DNA of 63,137 bases, counting the filler, from Octopus bimaculoides (Eukaryota), in NCBI RefSeq assembly GCF_001194135.2. It is 5 parts of 5 records of this genome, joined end to end, with 100 filler letters (N's around TTAATTAATTAA, not from the genome) between each part and the next. Parts side by side here need not be neighbours in the genome. Positions count along the whole stretch, not along the records: positions 1 to 15,603 come from NC_068990.1; 4 more parts are not named here. One strand, written 5' to 3'. This document shows positions 1-11,919 of the stretch, one piece after another; the first letter of the stretch is position 1, and each line of letters starts with the position of its first letter. A program made the position numbers and the translations under genes. The notes beneath the pieces are model-generated. The model was given only the letters and a program-made list of their open reading frames with translations, was not told the origin of the DNA and did not search any database.

Positions 1-1770
1 GAATAGTATTTTAAACGCGCGGAAGGACTGAGCGGAAGGACGTAGAAGAAGTTGATGTAAAAGACTTTGAAACCTGCTCAGAAACACCCAGCTTTCTGAC
101 AGATATCGACAGGATTTCCCTGATTGCCAGTGTGGACATGGAACAATCGAAATGGGTCATCCAGATCGTATCTAAATAGAGTACTTGTTAGATCAGCGGG
201 TAAGGATAGTATATGGTGTCCACTATTCAAATTGGTCTGCTACACAAACCACAAATTTGTGATGTGCACAATCGATTTAGATAAAACGCGTAGACAGGGA
301 CTGGTTACTAGAAGTTGAACGCGTCCTGTCCGGTGCGCAATGACTACAGGGACCAGATTAGCGAACTAGTTAAGCGGCAGTTGAAGGGAGCAATCGTTAA
401 CAACTGGTCGTGGATAGCCCTGAAGAGGGCGATTAGAACAAAATCAATAGAGGTTTTGCAAAGAATTAGCAATTGAAAGAAATAGATTAGAGGGAGACTT
501 GCCAGCAAACTAGAAATGGCGGTTATTAAAGGCATCGCGACTGACGTGTTAGCAGCGAGAATGACTCTTGACTATTTCTTTGAGGGGAAACACGACTGTT
601 TCGTTGTCAGAGCGAAGCCCCTTGCGCTACACTACGAAGGAACTAAAGCCATCCGATGCACCCGGACGGTGGAGAGGCTAGGAAGCTGTCTTTGAAAGGT
701 CGTGCAGGGGTGGTGAATGCCTACAACACCTCCGTTATCATTTATCGTCTGACCGTCGTGCCTTTCTTTAGTTGTTGCTTGATCAAGTTAGTGCGTCTCT
801 TGTTGATGTTCTTGTGGAAGGCAATCAATGGTCAGGCAATCAATCTGCTGTCAGCTCCCTCTGAGTGGCGGCTTAGGCATGCCATGGATTTTGATGAACA
901 GATATGTGCTCAGGTTGCGCTACCTGCAACGACTACTGGGAGATGAACCTGTGTGGGCTCCGTTTGTAAGGCACGTATTCCTGCAACTCATCTCTTTGAC
1001 GGAGCTGCAGTCTTTGGGTGAAGGATAAACCAAAAGTGTATGTCTGGCACTTAGAACGTCGTCAGGCGCTCACTCTCCTCTACCAGTCGGGAAATAAATC
1101 GGTGAATGTTCCACTTTAACTATTTATAGAGGATTAGTGGTGAGAAAGTGCGACGAAAATGAACCGACTAGTCCGTTTTGGAGGACTTTTTTGGTTGAGC
1201 ACTATTATGGATAATTTCCAGGTGTCTTTGGCTTGACAGTGCTACCAGGGAGCGCTACCGGTTCCAGATAAACTCTACAGACACGGATGTGCTGTCAGAC
1301 GAGTTTCTCCGAGGTGCACTCATAGCGACGAAACCGTTCTGCATGCACTCGTTCAGTGTCCGGTAATTGCTGACTTGTGGAGTTATGTCAAACATCTGCT
1401 GTCGCGTGTGGGATGGATCCGTCTGTCATCCGAGTCTATAATGATGATTGCCCCGCCACCCTCCTTAAATCGGACAGGCAAGGCAGTTTGCCTTTGCCTG
1501 GTTGCTGTGGCGAAAGACGTTGTCTGGTGGACAAGGCTGAAAGGACTGAGGACAGAGACATTTGTCCATCATCCTTAAAGGTCCCCCATCACAATTTGTT
1601 TTAATTATTGCTTTCCTATATACTATGTATACTTCACTTCTTTTAATGAATACTGTGAATATATATATTTTTATCATTCTATTATATGTAAACCCCCACA
1701 CTTTATGTCTATCTTTACAATATTGTCCCTCTCGTTCTTCGCCCTGGTGGCAAGTATAAGAAATCGTTAT
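1..1770 (+). mobile_element. Degenerate Tx1-clade (L1 group) non-LTR retrotransposon, copy 1, with the RT domain deleted
   Basis: C-terminus of APE endonuclease (TWNNRNGSSRSYLNRVLVR...YTNHKFV, then a decayed GxGYWKLNAS at ~300-330). Post-RT region RKLSLKGRAGVVNAY. Decayed CCHC knuckle (SPRCTHSDETVLHALVQCP, ~1305-1365). 3' UTR runs into (ATC)n at ~1770. Collinear with copy 2 at ~7030-9645 except for a ~1.2 kb gap. Confidence 0.85.
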
Positions 1771-1771
1771 T

Positions 1772-1803
<32 letters not shown>

Positions 1804-1812
1804 TATTATTAT
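1768..1812. repeat. (ATC)n/(ATT)n microsatellite at the Tx1 3' end
   Basis: Directly visible tandem trinucleotide run. Confidence 0.9.
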
Positions 1813-2016
1813 AGTCGCCATACTGGGAAGATGCACAAAGTTGAGCTCCATGAGTTTTAAGTGTTTTATTAATAGTTTCGAGTTAAAACTCGTTCAATAA
1901 AATATTTTTCTATAACTATTTTGCTAACGTTGTCTGGATCGCTGTACTTACATTTCTGTGCAAATACCCCCACTCCAACCTTCTTGGAAGTATAACTCAC
2001 TGATGTTTATTTTACA

Positions 2017-5000
2017 CTAGTGTACCCGTGCCGTCAGGAATGACGGCATGAAAATTATTCGGAAAATAAAATTAGAGGATTACAACCTTTATCTTAATAA
2101 CTCTTTCAACATGTTTCTAGTGAAGACCCTACTACCAATGAGTTCGCCTTGTTTTGGTTGGTTCTTTACCAACGTGGTAATATTATACCTACTTGTACTT
2201 CTACTCAATGCAACATAAAGTTGTCCATAGCTGAACACTGTTGATGGTAGAATTATTCCAACATTATTGAAGCTCTGCCCTTATGATTTGTTAATAGTCA
2301 TTAGAAATGCTGGGATAACAGGAAACTGTCGTCTACTCATACTGGGACGTAGGTTGATGCACGAAATAATGGCCTCCTCTCCTTTCTTCCACTAAGTATT
2401 TTTTCATGAATAAAGAGATCCTTGATGGACAGCACTATGATCCGGGTCCCATTGAGTAAACCTCTCTTTGAGTCCAGGTTCCTTAGTAACACGACTCTTC
2501 ACGGTCAGTATATGTGGTAGCATCCCAGAAAGTGTCAGTGAATTTTAAAACTCCACTGGATAATGTATAACAGCTTCGTCATTTTTTTTAACAATGGTGT
2601 CAACATTTCTGCAGATTGTTACTTCACCAGGCAACAATGGCAATATGTCAGTGTCTATGCGAAGACAATCTTTGTGTTTAGGCGTCAAAATATTGGCGAT
2701 GATACACTTTCAACTGCCTCATCGTTGTCTAGTAATAATTCTTCCCAAAAACGTCTCTGACAATGTTATTTGTAGACACCATGTTTTGTGGAATTTCTAT
2801 GATGTTTTTTTCCAGCCCTTCACTGTCGGAGACGGTTCTATTTCCAACATCTAAAAGCCACCAGTTGAAGTCATCTTGTCCAGCTATGTGCATATTTTTT
2901 GTCAAACTGAGTTTAATTACGAAATACCAGAGAGAAGATTGCTTAATTGAGGACTCAATTACTGCTGCATTAGATCCTCTTGGGATAATAGGTCCAGTTT
3001 GTCTGAAGTCTCCTCCAAGTAACAGCAGTTTTCCACCGAATGGTCTGGGCGAATTCATTATTTACGTCAACAGCAGATTAATGGCTCTAAGAGCATTGCA
3101 TGATAACACTGATGCTTCATTAATAATTGAAAGGCGAGCCTGCTTTAATTTTTCAGATGACTCTGAAGTGATTCTCATGTGAGAGGTGGAACTATCATGC
3201 AATGGGACGATTAGCTTGAGTCTGCTGTGAATAATCCTTCCATCAATGAGCAAATCAGCAGCTATGTCTGTAGTAGCATAGGAAAGGGTACACTTGTTTT
3301 GCTTTCTTAGAGAAGCTATAAATGTATCGTACAGGTAGGTCTTTCCCGTCCCTCCAGGGTCATCGAGAAGAAAGAATCTACTCTGTCCTTCGTCGTCATT
3401 CATGGTTGCAGTAATGTGTTCATAGACCTGGCACTGAGCCTCAGTGAAGGCTGCAATGCACCGCTCAATATTAACTCCTTCAACATTGTTCTTTTCAGTA
3501 GTTTCTTCATGAAAGGCTGCTGGAAGATGCAAATCTCTGGGACTGGAAGATGCAAATCTCTGCAGCATAGCCCATGTACTCACAGTTTTGACTCAATATC
3601 ATTTAATGCTCTCTGGATGGCCACTTCACGAGTGTTAATTCTTGTGAAATCCTTAATCTTTTCTTGAAACTGGTGGTACAGCTGTGAAGGGTTAGCTGGG
3701 ATGTTGAAGATGCAAATGAGAGCAAACAATTGTCTTAGCTGAAATGGTATACTTGTAAGGGACGTTTCTTCTATTTTGAACGAAATTTCTTAAGAGGGCA
3801 GCTTCTTTAAATGAGTTGCAGACTACACCATCTACTGTTTTCATATCCTCATAACTTCGAGTTCCAGGTCTACGCTTCTATACAGTAGTATGCATATTGA
3901 AGACATAACTGTACAAAATATCCGAATAATGCAAGTTCCGGACATTTTCATGTTTGATTCAGAAGATACCAAGTTGTCGGTGGTGTGTTCTTTTGTGTTG
4001 TTCTTTCAAGTGTCAGTCTGTCTTGACCCTCTTCAAAGTATATAAATTGCTCTTGTGGCAGATGGTCAGCGGGCGAATAACTGAATGAGATCTGTGGTGC
4101 ATTTTATTCTCAAGCAGGCGTCACATACTTTCAGGAGCAATCACATACCTAGCTAAATGGTTGCGTACTTCATCATGCACAATCTCATTGTTTGAAGTTG
4201 TTTCATTGATGTCAACATTGATGGAGTCATATTCCTTGTAGATACACTTGTAAATATATTTCACAGAGGAGACGAAGAGGCAAATCTCAACACAAATATG
4301 AGCATTGAACTTACAACACAGATATTTATTGTAGAGCACTACATATCGGTTGTCTGTTGCATGGTTGCGAACTCGAGCTAATGCCCCTCGACGTCGCCTG
4401 TACAACGGGTAACCGTTTGGGTTTATCCGTGTCTCTTGTTGATACTCTTTGGAAATTCTTTATTTTACATGCAGGGAGCAGCAGGGTTAAGATACCCACA
4501 GGACCCATGGATCATGTACCTTTTTATTGTTTCGTGTAGTAAGGTTTCAGTGACGGGATCCGGGATTTCGGCACAGAGAATTTGATTAATTTTTTCAGGA
4601 TCATCCAATTTATCACCAGGGAGCAAAATGATCAACAGGTGGACATGAAGTAAGCCCCTTTTTAAAAATTCAATGGTGTAACAGTAAACAGTGACTCTTT
4701 CAGATATATGTTTCTTAGTGATGTCATTCAAGAGTTCATGCAGCTTTATATTGAATGCACGGGCCACCATCCAGTCTATCTGATGAAGTTTGGCCTGGAA
4801 GTAAAATCTCCCTAATTTCTTGCCAATTACGATTGCAGGTTATTGTGAGGAAGATATCAGGAGGACCATATATGCGCATAATAGTTACAGTGTATTGATA
4901 GCGCTCATGCATATTCCTAGGAAACCCTTGAAATGATGAAGGCAAGATAACTGTGTGTCCTATTTGAGCATTTACAGCATTAGGAGCATCCCGTAAATGA

Positions 5001-5875
5001 TCAGCAAGATCACAGTATCGTTCTGCTTTTAACCTGTGTTGATGGTTCTTCACAAAATGTATATTGTTACCTCCGACTTGCAAGAGTCTACTGCCCATTG
5101 CTGGAAGAGCTTGCCTCCATGGATAACCGGGTTGAATTCACCATCTCTAACCGCTGTAAGAGATACTATATGTTGGATCATTGTAACATTCTGCCTTGAG
5201 TTTGCTCTATTTTTATTACCAATCATATGTGGTTGCCAGTCTGGCTCTCCATATGGAAAGAACAATACATGTCATCGGGCTGAGGTTCAGAATGTTCAGA
5301 CTGATCACAAGGACATCATTGTTTCTTGGGTTAACCTTGAAATCTCTGTTGAATGGTGGCTCGCCGTCGGTATTGCTGGAAACCATAGCTATTTCAGTAA
5401 CTGTTGGTAAATTGTATTTCCGCCTATCAGCAGTTCTATCCCTGTTGAAGACTAAATTTATGACAGACATACGCCTCTGTTCCTCTTGGACATGATGCTC
5501 TTCATGCAGTTCTACTTCTCGTAATGCCTTGTAAGAGGAAGCATAGACATTGTTCTCTCTTATAATCTCATCTAATCTGTGCATCACCTCAGGTATACAT
5601 CTTTCATTTGCTGCATTCTGAGCCCGCACTGCAGTGGCTTGAACGCTGTCAACAACGTACAGTTGGGCAAATTGCTTCTGTTGGCCCTCAACAGGATGCT
5701 TGTGCGAAGTCTTGTGATAAACTTGGCCGTGCACTCTGAAGCAGAATGGACCTCGTTCTTGAGGGTCATCAATGTGAGAAATCATAGATGCGAAAGATAG
5801 AGCAGAGTTGTATGACCTTATGTTTTCTTTGAAGTCAACATAATGTGAATATTGAGAGTCTGAATAGAAGCAACA
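2017..5875 (-). mobile_element. Helitron with a pseudogenised Rep/PIF1-helicase (RepHel) ORF; 3' terminus intact, 5' terminus not located
   Basis: N-terminal FKENIRSYNSALSFASM...GPFCFRVHGQVYH (~5720-5860). Rep motifs PPDIFLTITCNRNW, YTIEFLKRGLLHVHLL (HUH) and VKYIYK. Helicase Walker A DPGGTGKT, Walker B IINEAS, PFGGKLLLLGGDFRQ and GQLYVALSRS. Many stops and frameshifts. The 3' end has the hairpin tgccgtca-ggaa-tgacggca (2029-2048) followed on the minus strand by CTAG (2020-2017) and then T. Confidence 0.95.
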
Positions 5876-6979
5876 ACAACAGCATCAGCATCAGCAACAA
5901 CAACAAGAATATTACAGTTATTAATGATTACTGTAGTAATAACAAAAACTGTGTGGAAAACAGCAATAGTAACAATAGCAACAATAATATAAATAACCAC
6001 GACAACTCTATATCTTTTTCGAGGGCATTTAGCCAGTGAACCGTTCATTCGGTGCAAGATTTGAAAGATAAAGTCCTCTTGTATAAAAATGTCAGTTTGA
6101 AAGTGAGGAGCAAAACAAAAATTCCGAAAGGCAAACCACTGTCTATAATTGCGTTTCTCGCAAGGAGAGGAAACTTAAATTTCCCTCTCCGGCCCTCAGT
6201 GCCATACATAGACAAAGTAAACAGTACGAGACGATAGTTGCTGTATGCAGCAGTGAGCAAGAAACCAGAAAAATGCCAACTATTACTTGCACGTCTCAGA
6301 CTTTTGTGATGATTCTTCACCATATGGGTAAAGGGTTGACTCGATTTAATCAAAAACGTTTCACTGTGATCCAGCGTGAGTTTTAGCCATTCTGAAGGAG
6401 CATGGGAAGATTGTGGAGATGATGAAGTCCACCCCACAGCTCAACAGGACTGGAATTCTTATGGAATTCCTGATACTAGTTTCATCAGAAGAAATAAATC
6501 GCATTCCAATCTTTTTTTCTGTTTAGGGGAATGCGAACAGATTCTGTTTTTTAACGAAAGAAAAAAACGAAATATTTCCTGTGTGAGAATACGAACCACC
6601 TGAAAGCCCTTTGCCCTGTGGTGGAGAAATCACGAAGCTTTCCACCGTTGCTGCTAACTCATTTAAAATGTGAGTACTACAAATAGCTCATACATGCCTC
6701 TTTCTTCCGACTCAGACCTCATGAAAGCAAAGACCTTTCTGAAATCGCACCAAAATGACCTTGTTGGGGATAAGAGAAAGACTGAAACTGAAATAAATAG
6801 AGACCGGCCCAAATTGAAGACAAAATCAGTCACAAAGCCAAGTTTCAAAAGTATCAACACCAACATCAACACTTTCATCGCAACAAGAAACCCACTTTTA
6901 CAAACACCTTAACAACCACAAAAATCACGAAAACAAAGCGAAATACTCAACAAACGAAATGGCCAACAGTCACACTCTC

Positions 6980-9645
6980 AGGTACATACTAATGATATTT
7001 TTGGATGTGTGTCTCGTACATAGCAGAAGGGGTGGGAAAAGACTTAAAAAGCTGCTCAGAAACTTCCAGTTATATGATAGCTATCGACTGGATTTCTCTG
7101 ATGTACCAGTGTAGACATGGAGCAACCACAACAACTCATCCAGATCGTAGTTAGATAGAGTATTTGTTTGGCCAACGGATATGGGTAGCGTAGGTAGTCC
7201 AGAATTCAATTTGGTCCGCTACACAGAACTCAAACTTGTAATTTGCGCTGTCGATCTACGTAGGACCCGTAGACGGGGACCTGGTCACTGAAAGTCGAAC
7301 GCGTTCTTCCCGGTACACAAAAACTACATCACCGGATTAGAGAACGAGTTAAGCGCCAGTTGACAGATGCAATCGCAAACAACAACCGGGGCTAGATCAC
7401 GCTGAAGAAGGCAATTAGAGCAGAATCAATAGTGTTTAGCAAGTAGTTAGATTTAAGGGAAACTAGTTAGCAAGCTCGAGCAGGCAATTTGTAAGACGTG
7501 TTAATGGCGAGAATGGCCCTTGCTAATTTCTTTGAGGCGAAACACAAAAGATGTGTTGTCAGAGCTAAGGCCAGTGCGTTAAAACACGAAGGAACTAAAG
7601 CCTTTCGATACACCCGGATGGTGGAAAAGCAATGTGGCAACAAAGCCACTATCGGGTCTTTAACGGAGCGGGATGGGCGCGTGCTACATGGTTCCGAGCA
7701 TATGTGAGCGGCTTCCCATTAGCATTTCGCGCAACTGTTTGGTCGGGGTGGGGTGATAGGTCGATGACGGTAGCGGACGGTAGTTCGTACATGGACGGCC
7801 AGCCGTAGCTCTCGGCAGCGGACGCGAGGTTCTGCGAAAAGCGAATAATGGCCACTGATATACAGGAGGCGATAATTGCACAAGTCACAAATCGCTCGAT
7901 TTGGATGGTTTGTCCTATGAATTCTGTGTATTCATGCTAGATTTGTTTGGCGGCTTCTTAGCAGACACCTACCATAACCGACAGCTTAACGTAATAATTC
8001 CTAATGCTGTAAGCCGGGATGGGGTGACACTGCTGAAGAAGAACACCGACAATGAGAACGTCCTAAAGAATTTTAGGCCCATAACTCTGTTAATTACAGG
8101 ATTTAAGATTTTGGCCAAGGTGTTAGTGGAAAGATTGGCGCTTCTCGTTGATAGTCTCGTCTGAGAAGCACAAACATGTGTAATCCCAAATAAGTCTATC
8201 CACGACAACCGCCACCTTATGCGATACACCGTAGAGGTGGTTGGGCCTAAAGCTGGCTTCAGTGAGGCCTTTATCAATTTGGACCAATTGAAAGCATACG
8301 ATAGGGTCGACCATCGCTACTTGGAAGCCATCCTTAAAGCGGCCGGTTTCGGACCCTTTTTCAGAGGCTGGATTGCTGCAATACACAGCGAAATCTGCTC
8401 CTTGGCCAAAGTAGACGGCCACCTACTGGAACAGTTTAACATCGCTCGGTCCGTCATGGCTGCCTGTTGTCGCCACTTTTGTTCGCGCTGGCTCTCGAGC
8501 TGCGGAAGTTGGAAGAATTGAGGGGCATCCCTTCCAAACTTGAACGCGGGAGGACAGTGACGCCAAACGCGGATGATGTCCCTGTCATGGTGTCGGGTTC
8601 CTCCGAAGAGGAGATGGTCAGCTTCATGATAAAAGAATATTAGTCGGTGGGCTTGTGACTGGGCACCAAGAGAGGCAGTTCGATGCCATCAGACAGCGTC
8701 GTCGGAGGCTGGACTGACGAACCAGTTAAACTGCTTGGGATCTGGTTCGGTCTCGCGTTCCAAGAGGATAAGAACTGGGAAGAAGTGATAAGGACTGGGA
8801 CAGGGTGGCATATCTTACCCAGAAATGGGCAGGGAGGAAGCTGTCCTTGAAAGGTCGTGGATAGGTGGCGTCATCATTTATCGCCGGACCGTAGTACCTT
8901 ACCCCAATTACTGCTTGGTCATGCTGGGGCGTCTCTTGCTTATTTTCTTGTGGGTGGATGGAACGAGTTTCAATCGTCAGGCGGTCAGTCTGCTGCCAGC
9001 TCCCTCTGCGTGGCTCCTCAGGCATACCGTGGCTTTTGATGCGCATACACGCGCTCATATTGCGGTACCTGCAACGATTTCTAGACGGTAAACGTGCGTA
9101 GGCTCGGTTTGTAATGCACGTCCTTCTGCAGTTCGTCTCTTTGACGAAGCTGCAGTCTTGGTTGAAAGATAGATCAGACTGAGCGCCTGGCACCTAAGAT
9201 ATCGTCCGGCACTCACTGTCTTCTACAAGTCGGGCAACAGGATCGGTGGATGTTCCACTTTAAATATATATAGAGGATTAGCAGCGAGGAAGTGTGACGA
9301 CGAAAATGAACTGGCTAGCCTGTTCCGCAGGACTTTCCTGTCGGGGACTACTATAATTTCCAGATGTCTTTGGCCTAGCAGTGCTACCGGAGGGCGCTAC
9401 CAGTTCGAGATAAACTCTATAGACACTGATGTGCTATCAGATCGGTTTATCCGAGGTGCACGCAGCGCGATGAAACAACTCTGCACACAGTCGTGCTATA
9501 CCCGGTCATTACTGACTTATGGAGTTATGTCTAACAGCTACTATCACGTGTGGAACAGGTCTAGCTATCGGCCGAATTGATAGTGATGTTACCCCGCGGC
9601 CTTCCTTTAATCGTGCATGTAAGGCAGTTTACGTTTACCTGGTGA
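6980..9645 (+). mobile_element. Degenerate Tx1-clade non-LTR retrotransposon, copy 2 (APE C-terminus, RT, zinc-knuckle region)
   Basis: RT motifs NFRPITLL...FKILAKVL, INLDQLKAYDRVDHRYL, and NADD (8566-8577, a decayed YADD). Collinear similarity to 1-1500. Frameshifts and stops throughout. Confidence 0.92.
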
Positions 9646-10269
9646 CATCTTGCATTTTGTTTTGGCAGCCGTATAATGACGACCAGACTTGTGCTGATAA
9701 CAAAAAGGGCACGCGCCGGGCAACAGACCTTATTTTCGCCGTTTTGGTATTAATTTTTTTGTCCATCAGTCTCATACAGAGGAAAGTGGTGATAAGGTGT
9801 TACAACCACCAGTATTTTTATCGAGACACCATGTCTACAGGGGTTTGTCTCAAAATATTCAAAGGGATTCCTCTCCCCCTAAAATTTTAAGTAACCTATC
9901 CTGCCCTGAACACCAGCCCAGTACTCTGAGCTAAGCACTTGGTAAAATATATAAATGTATATACATACACGTATACATACACACACATACATATATGCAC
10001 ACATGTACGTACACGCGTTCGCACACACATATTATTCATCATTCTTATTTTCACTGTTGTTTTAAGCGTTAATGGCTTAATGGGCAGCACAGCTAAATAA
10101 GAGTTGCTATTTGGATGACCGTTGACTCCTCTGAGTTCATCTTCCCTTGGACAAATTTCTATTTCATCCTGCAGGGTGACGAAATAGCAAGAAACACACC
10201 TTCCTCAGAGTGGATACTCTGGGTTTGCCACTTGAGTCGACTGCGGCTCGACACTTGTCATTCGGTAGA

Positions 10270-10604
10270 GATTACTATTTTTGTTTTACTTTTAATCTGC
10301 ATGTGTGTTAAAATCACTTGCCGAGACACACCCAGCGTCCTGGGGTGAGTGAAGGATAAGAGATGTTACAGTTTGACTGAAAGCTTGGAGAGGAGAAGTA
10401 GCGAAATATCTTCATGTAATACAACACAGACATTTAAATGAATAGGGGTTTTTTCTAAGAATGTGCGCAGTATTTGTCAGCACAATCTTTTGGATTTCTC
10501 TGAGACATGGTTCTCCTGAGATTTTATCTAGATGATTCTGACATCCCTTTTTATCATACCTAGGGGACCTACAATGACAGGGACAGTTTTCTCTTTAAGT
10601 TGCC
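10270..10604 (-). mobile_element. R4/Dong-like (RLE-type) non-LTR 3' fragment A
   Basis: KTVPVIVGPLGMIK...EIQKIVLTNTAHILRK plus a 3' UTR. The 5' junction abuts an (AAT)n run. Confidence 0.75.
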
Positions 10605-10626
10605 ATTATTATTATTATTATTATTT

Positions 10627-11033
10627 TATGTTTGATTTTTGTTTTGCATTTGTACAAGTTGGATCCAAATCTCACCCAGAGACCTCAAGAGACAACAAGT
10701 TAGAAGTTCATGTAGGTGTTATGCCTAGGGTACCATATATTTGGATTTGTACAGTTTTGTTCAAGTGAATGTTTAAGAAACCATAAGAAAATTATGTGTT
10801 TGCTTTAAAATTTGAGATCACATAGACAGTATTTTACGTAGGATATGGGCAGTTCCCATGAGCACTATCTTTTGAACTTCAGCCATTTTGGGGTTTCCTG
10901 GAATCTGATCTAGGTAGTAATCAGCCCGTTTCGCTGTCATTCCCAGGGCACCTATGACAATAGGTATTGTTTTCGTCTTCAGATTCCACATTTTGCTAAT
11001 TTCTATTTCAAGATCTTTATATTTGCTTATTCT
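10627..11033 (-). mobile_element. R4/Dong-like 3' fragment B
   Basis: ISKYKDLEIEISKMWNLKTKTIPIVIGALGMT...EVQKIVLMGTAHILRKILSM*. The 3' UTR ends in (AAT)n (10605-10626) and the 5' end sits in a long (AAT)n (11035-11108). Confidence 0.85.
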
Positions 11034-11041
11034 TCTTCTTC

Positions 11042-11108
<67 letters not shown>

Positions 11109-11344
11109 CTTCTTCTTTCAATTTTGTTTCCATTTCTTGCCGAGTATCTTCCCAACACCTAGAGCAAAGAAACTCACTGTATAAATTGGTAGGCCATTAA
11201 AATAAAGACATCAGATTGCTCATTTATAAATTCATGTGACAGAAAAAAGCGGGGAGAAAGACAGAGAAAAAAGGAACAAAATGGAAAAAATGAAAAAATG
11301 AAAAAGAAAAGGAAAATAAAGGGGAAAGGAAAGAAAATTCACAG

Positions 11345-11632
11345 CGACAATGTTCTGCTCAATACGTGTGACGTACCAATTAAGACAATCTTGTTTACGG
11401 TGTGACGTTCCAGTTAAGACACACTCGTTTACTGGTCATGCTTCAAGAACCCTGCGAATAATTCTTGCAGTTCCAAGCAATGCTGATTTTTGCAAGTGTT
11501 CAGCCTTTACATCTGTACCAACTTTTTGAGCCATGTTAGTAGTTGAGTGCTGATAGTTCCAAGTGCACCATCTAGTATTGGTATCATGTCTACTCTCCTC
11601 ATTGACCACGACTTTCGTATTTCCCACTTCAA
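11345..11632 (-). mobile_element. R4/Dong-like 3' fragment C
   Basis: ORF 11436-11627 ends DVKAEHLQKSALLGTARIIRRVLEA*, a typical C-terminus of RLE-type non-LTR ORFs. Confidence 0.8.
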
Positions 11633-11654
11633 ATCGTCGTAGTTCAGTTCTTCT

Positions 11655-11880
11655 TTATTATTATTATTTTGGATTTGATCAGATTCGATTTTATTCCTGG
11701 TAGAGATTATGGGGATACCGGATTACTACCTGTAACCTTAGGTACACACAAGTTTTCGACAGTCTTTCAAGTGCTTAGAACCTTCTTGATAATCTTTACT
11801 GTCATGATTAGCTCCTCATGATTAGCCATTGTGGTACTGTCTTTAATTCTGAAGGCACGTTAGGAGTTCAGTTTAATATC
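11655..11880 (-). mobile_element. R4/Dong-like 3' fragment D
   Basis: MTVKIIKKVLST* followed by a 3' UTR and an aataataataat tail (11655-11668). Confidence 0.55.
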
Positions 11881-11919
11881 TTCATCTTTTACACAAAGTT
11901 TTCTCTGGAGAAATATCTA

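Noticed and set aside
6670-6912. Possible ORF1 of Tx1 copy 2
   Set aside because: It starts at GTG right after an ATG-TGA, is only 80 aa, and has no recognisable zinc-knuckle or RRM motif.
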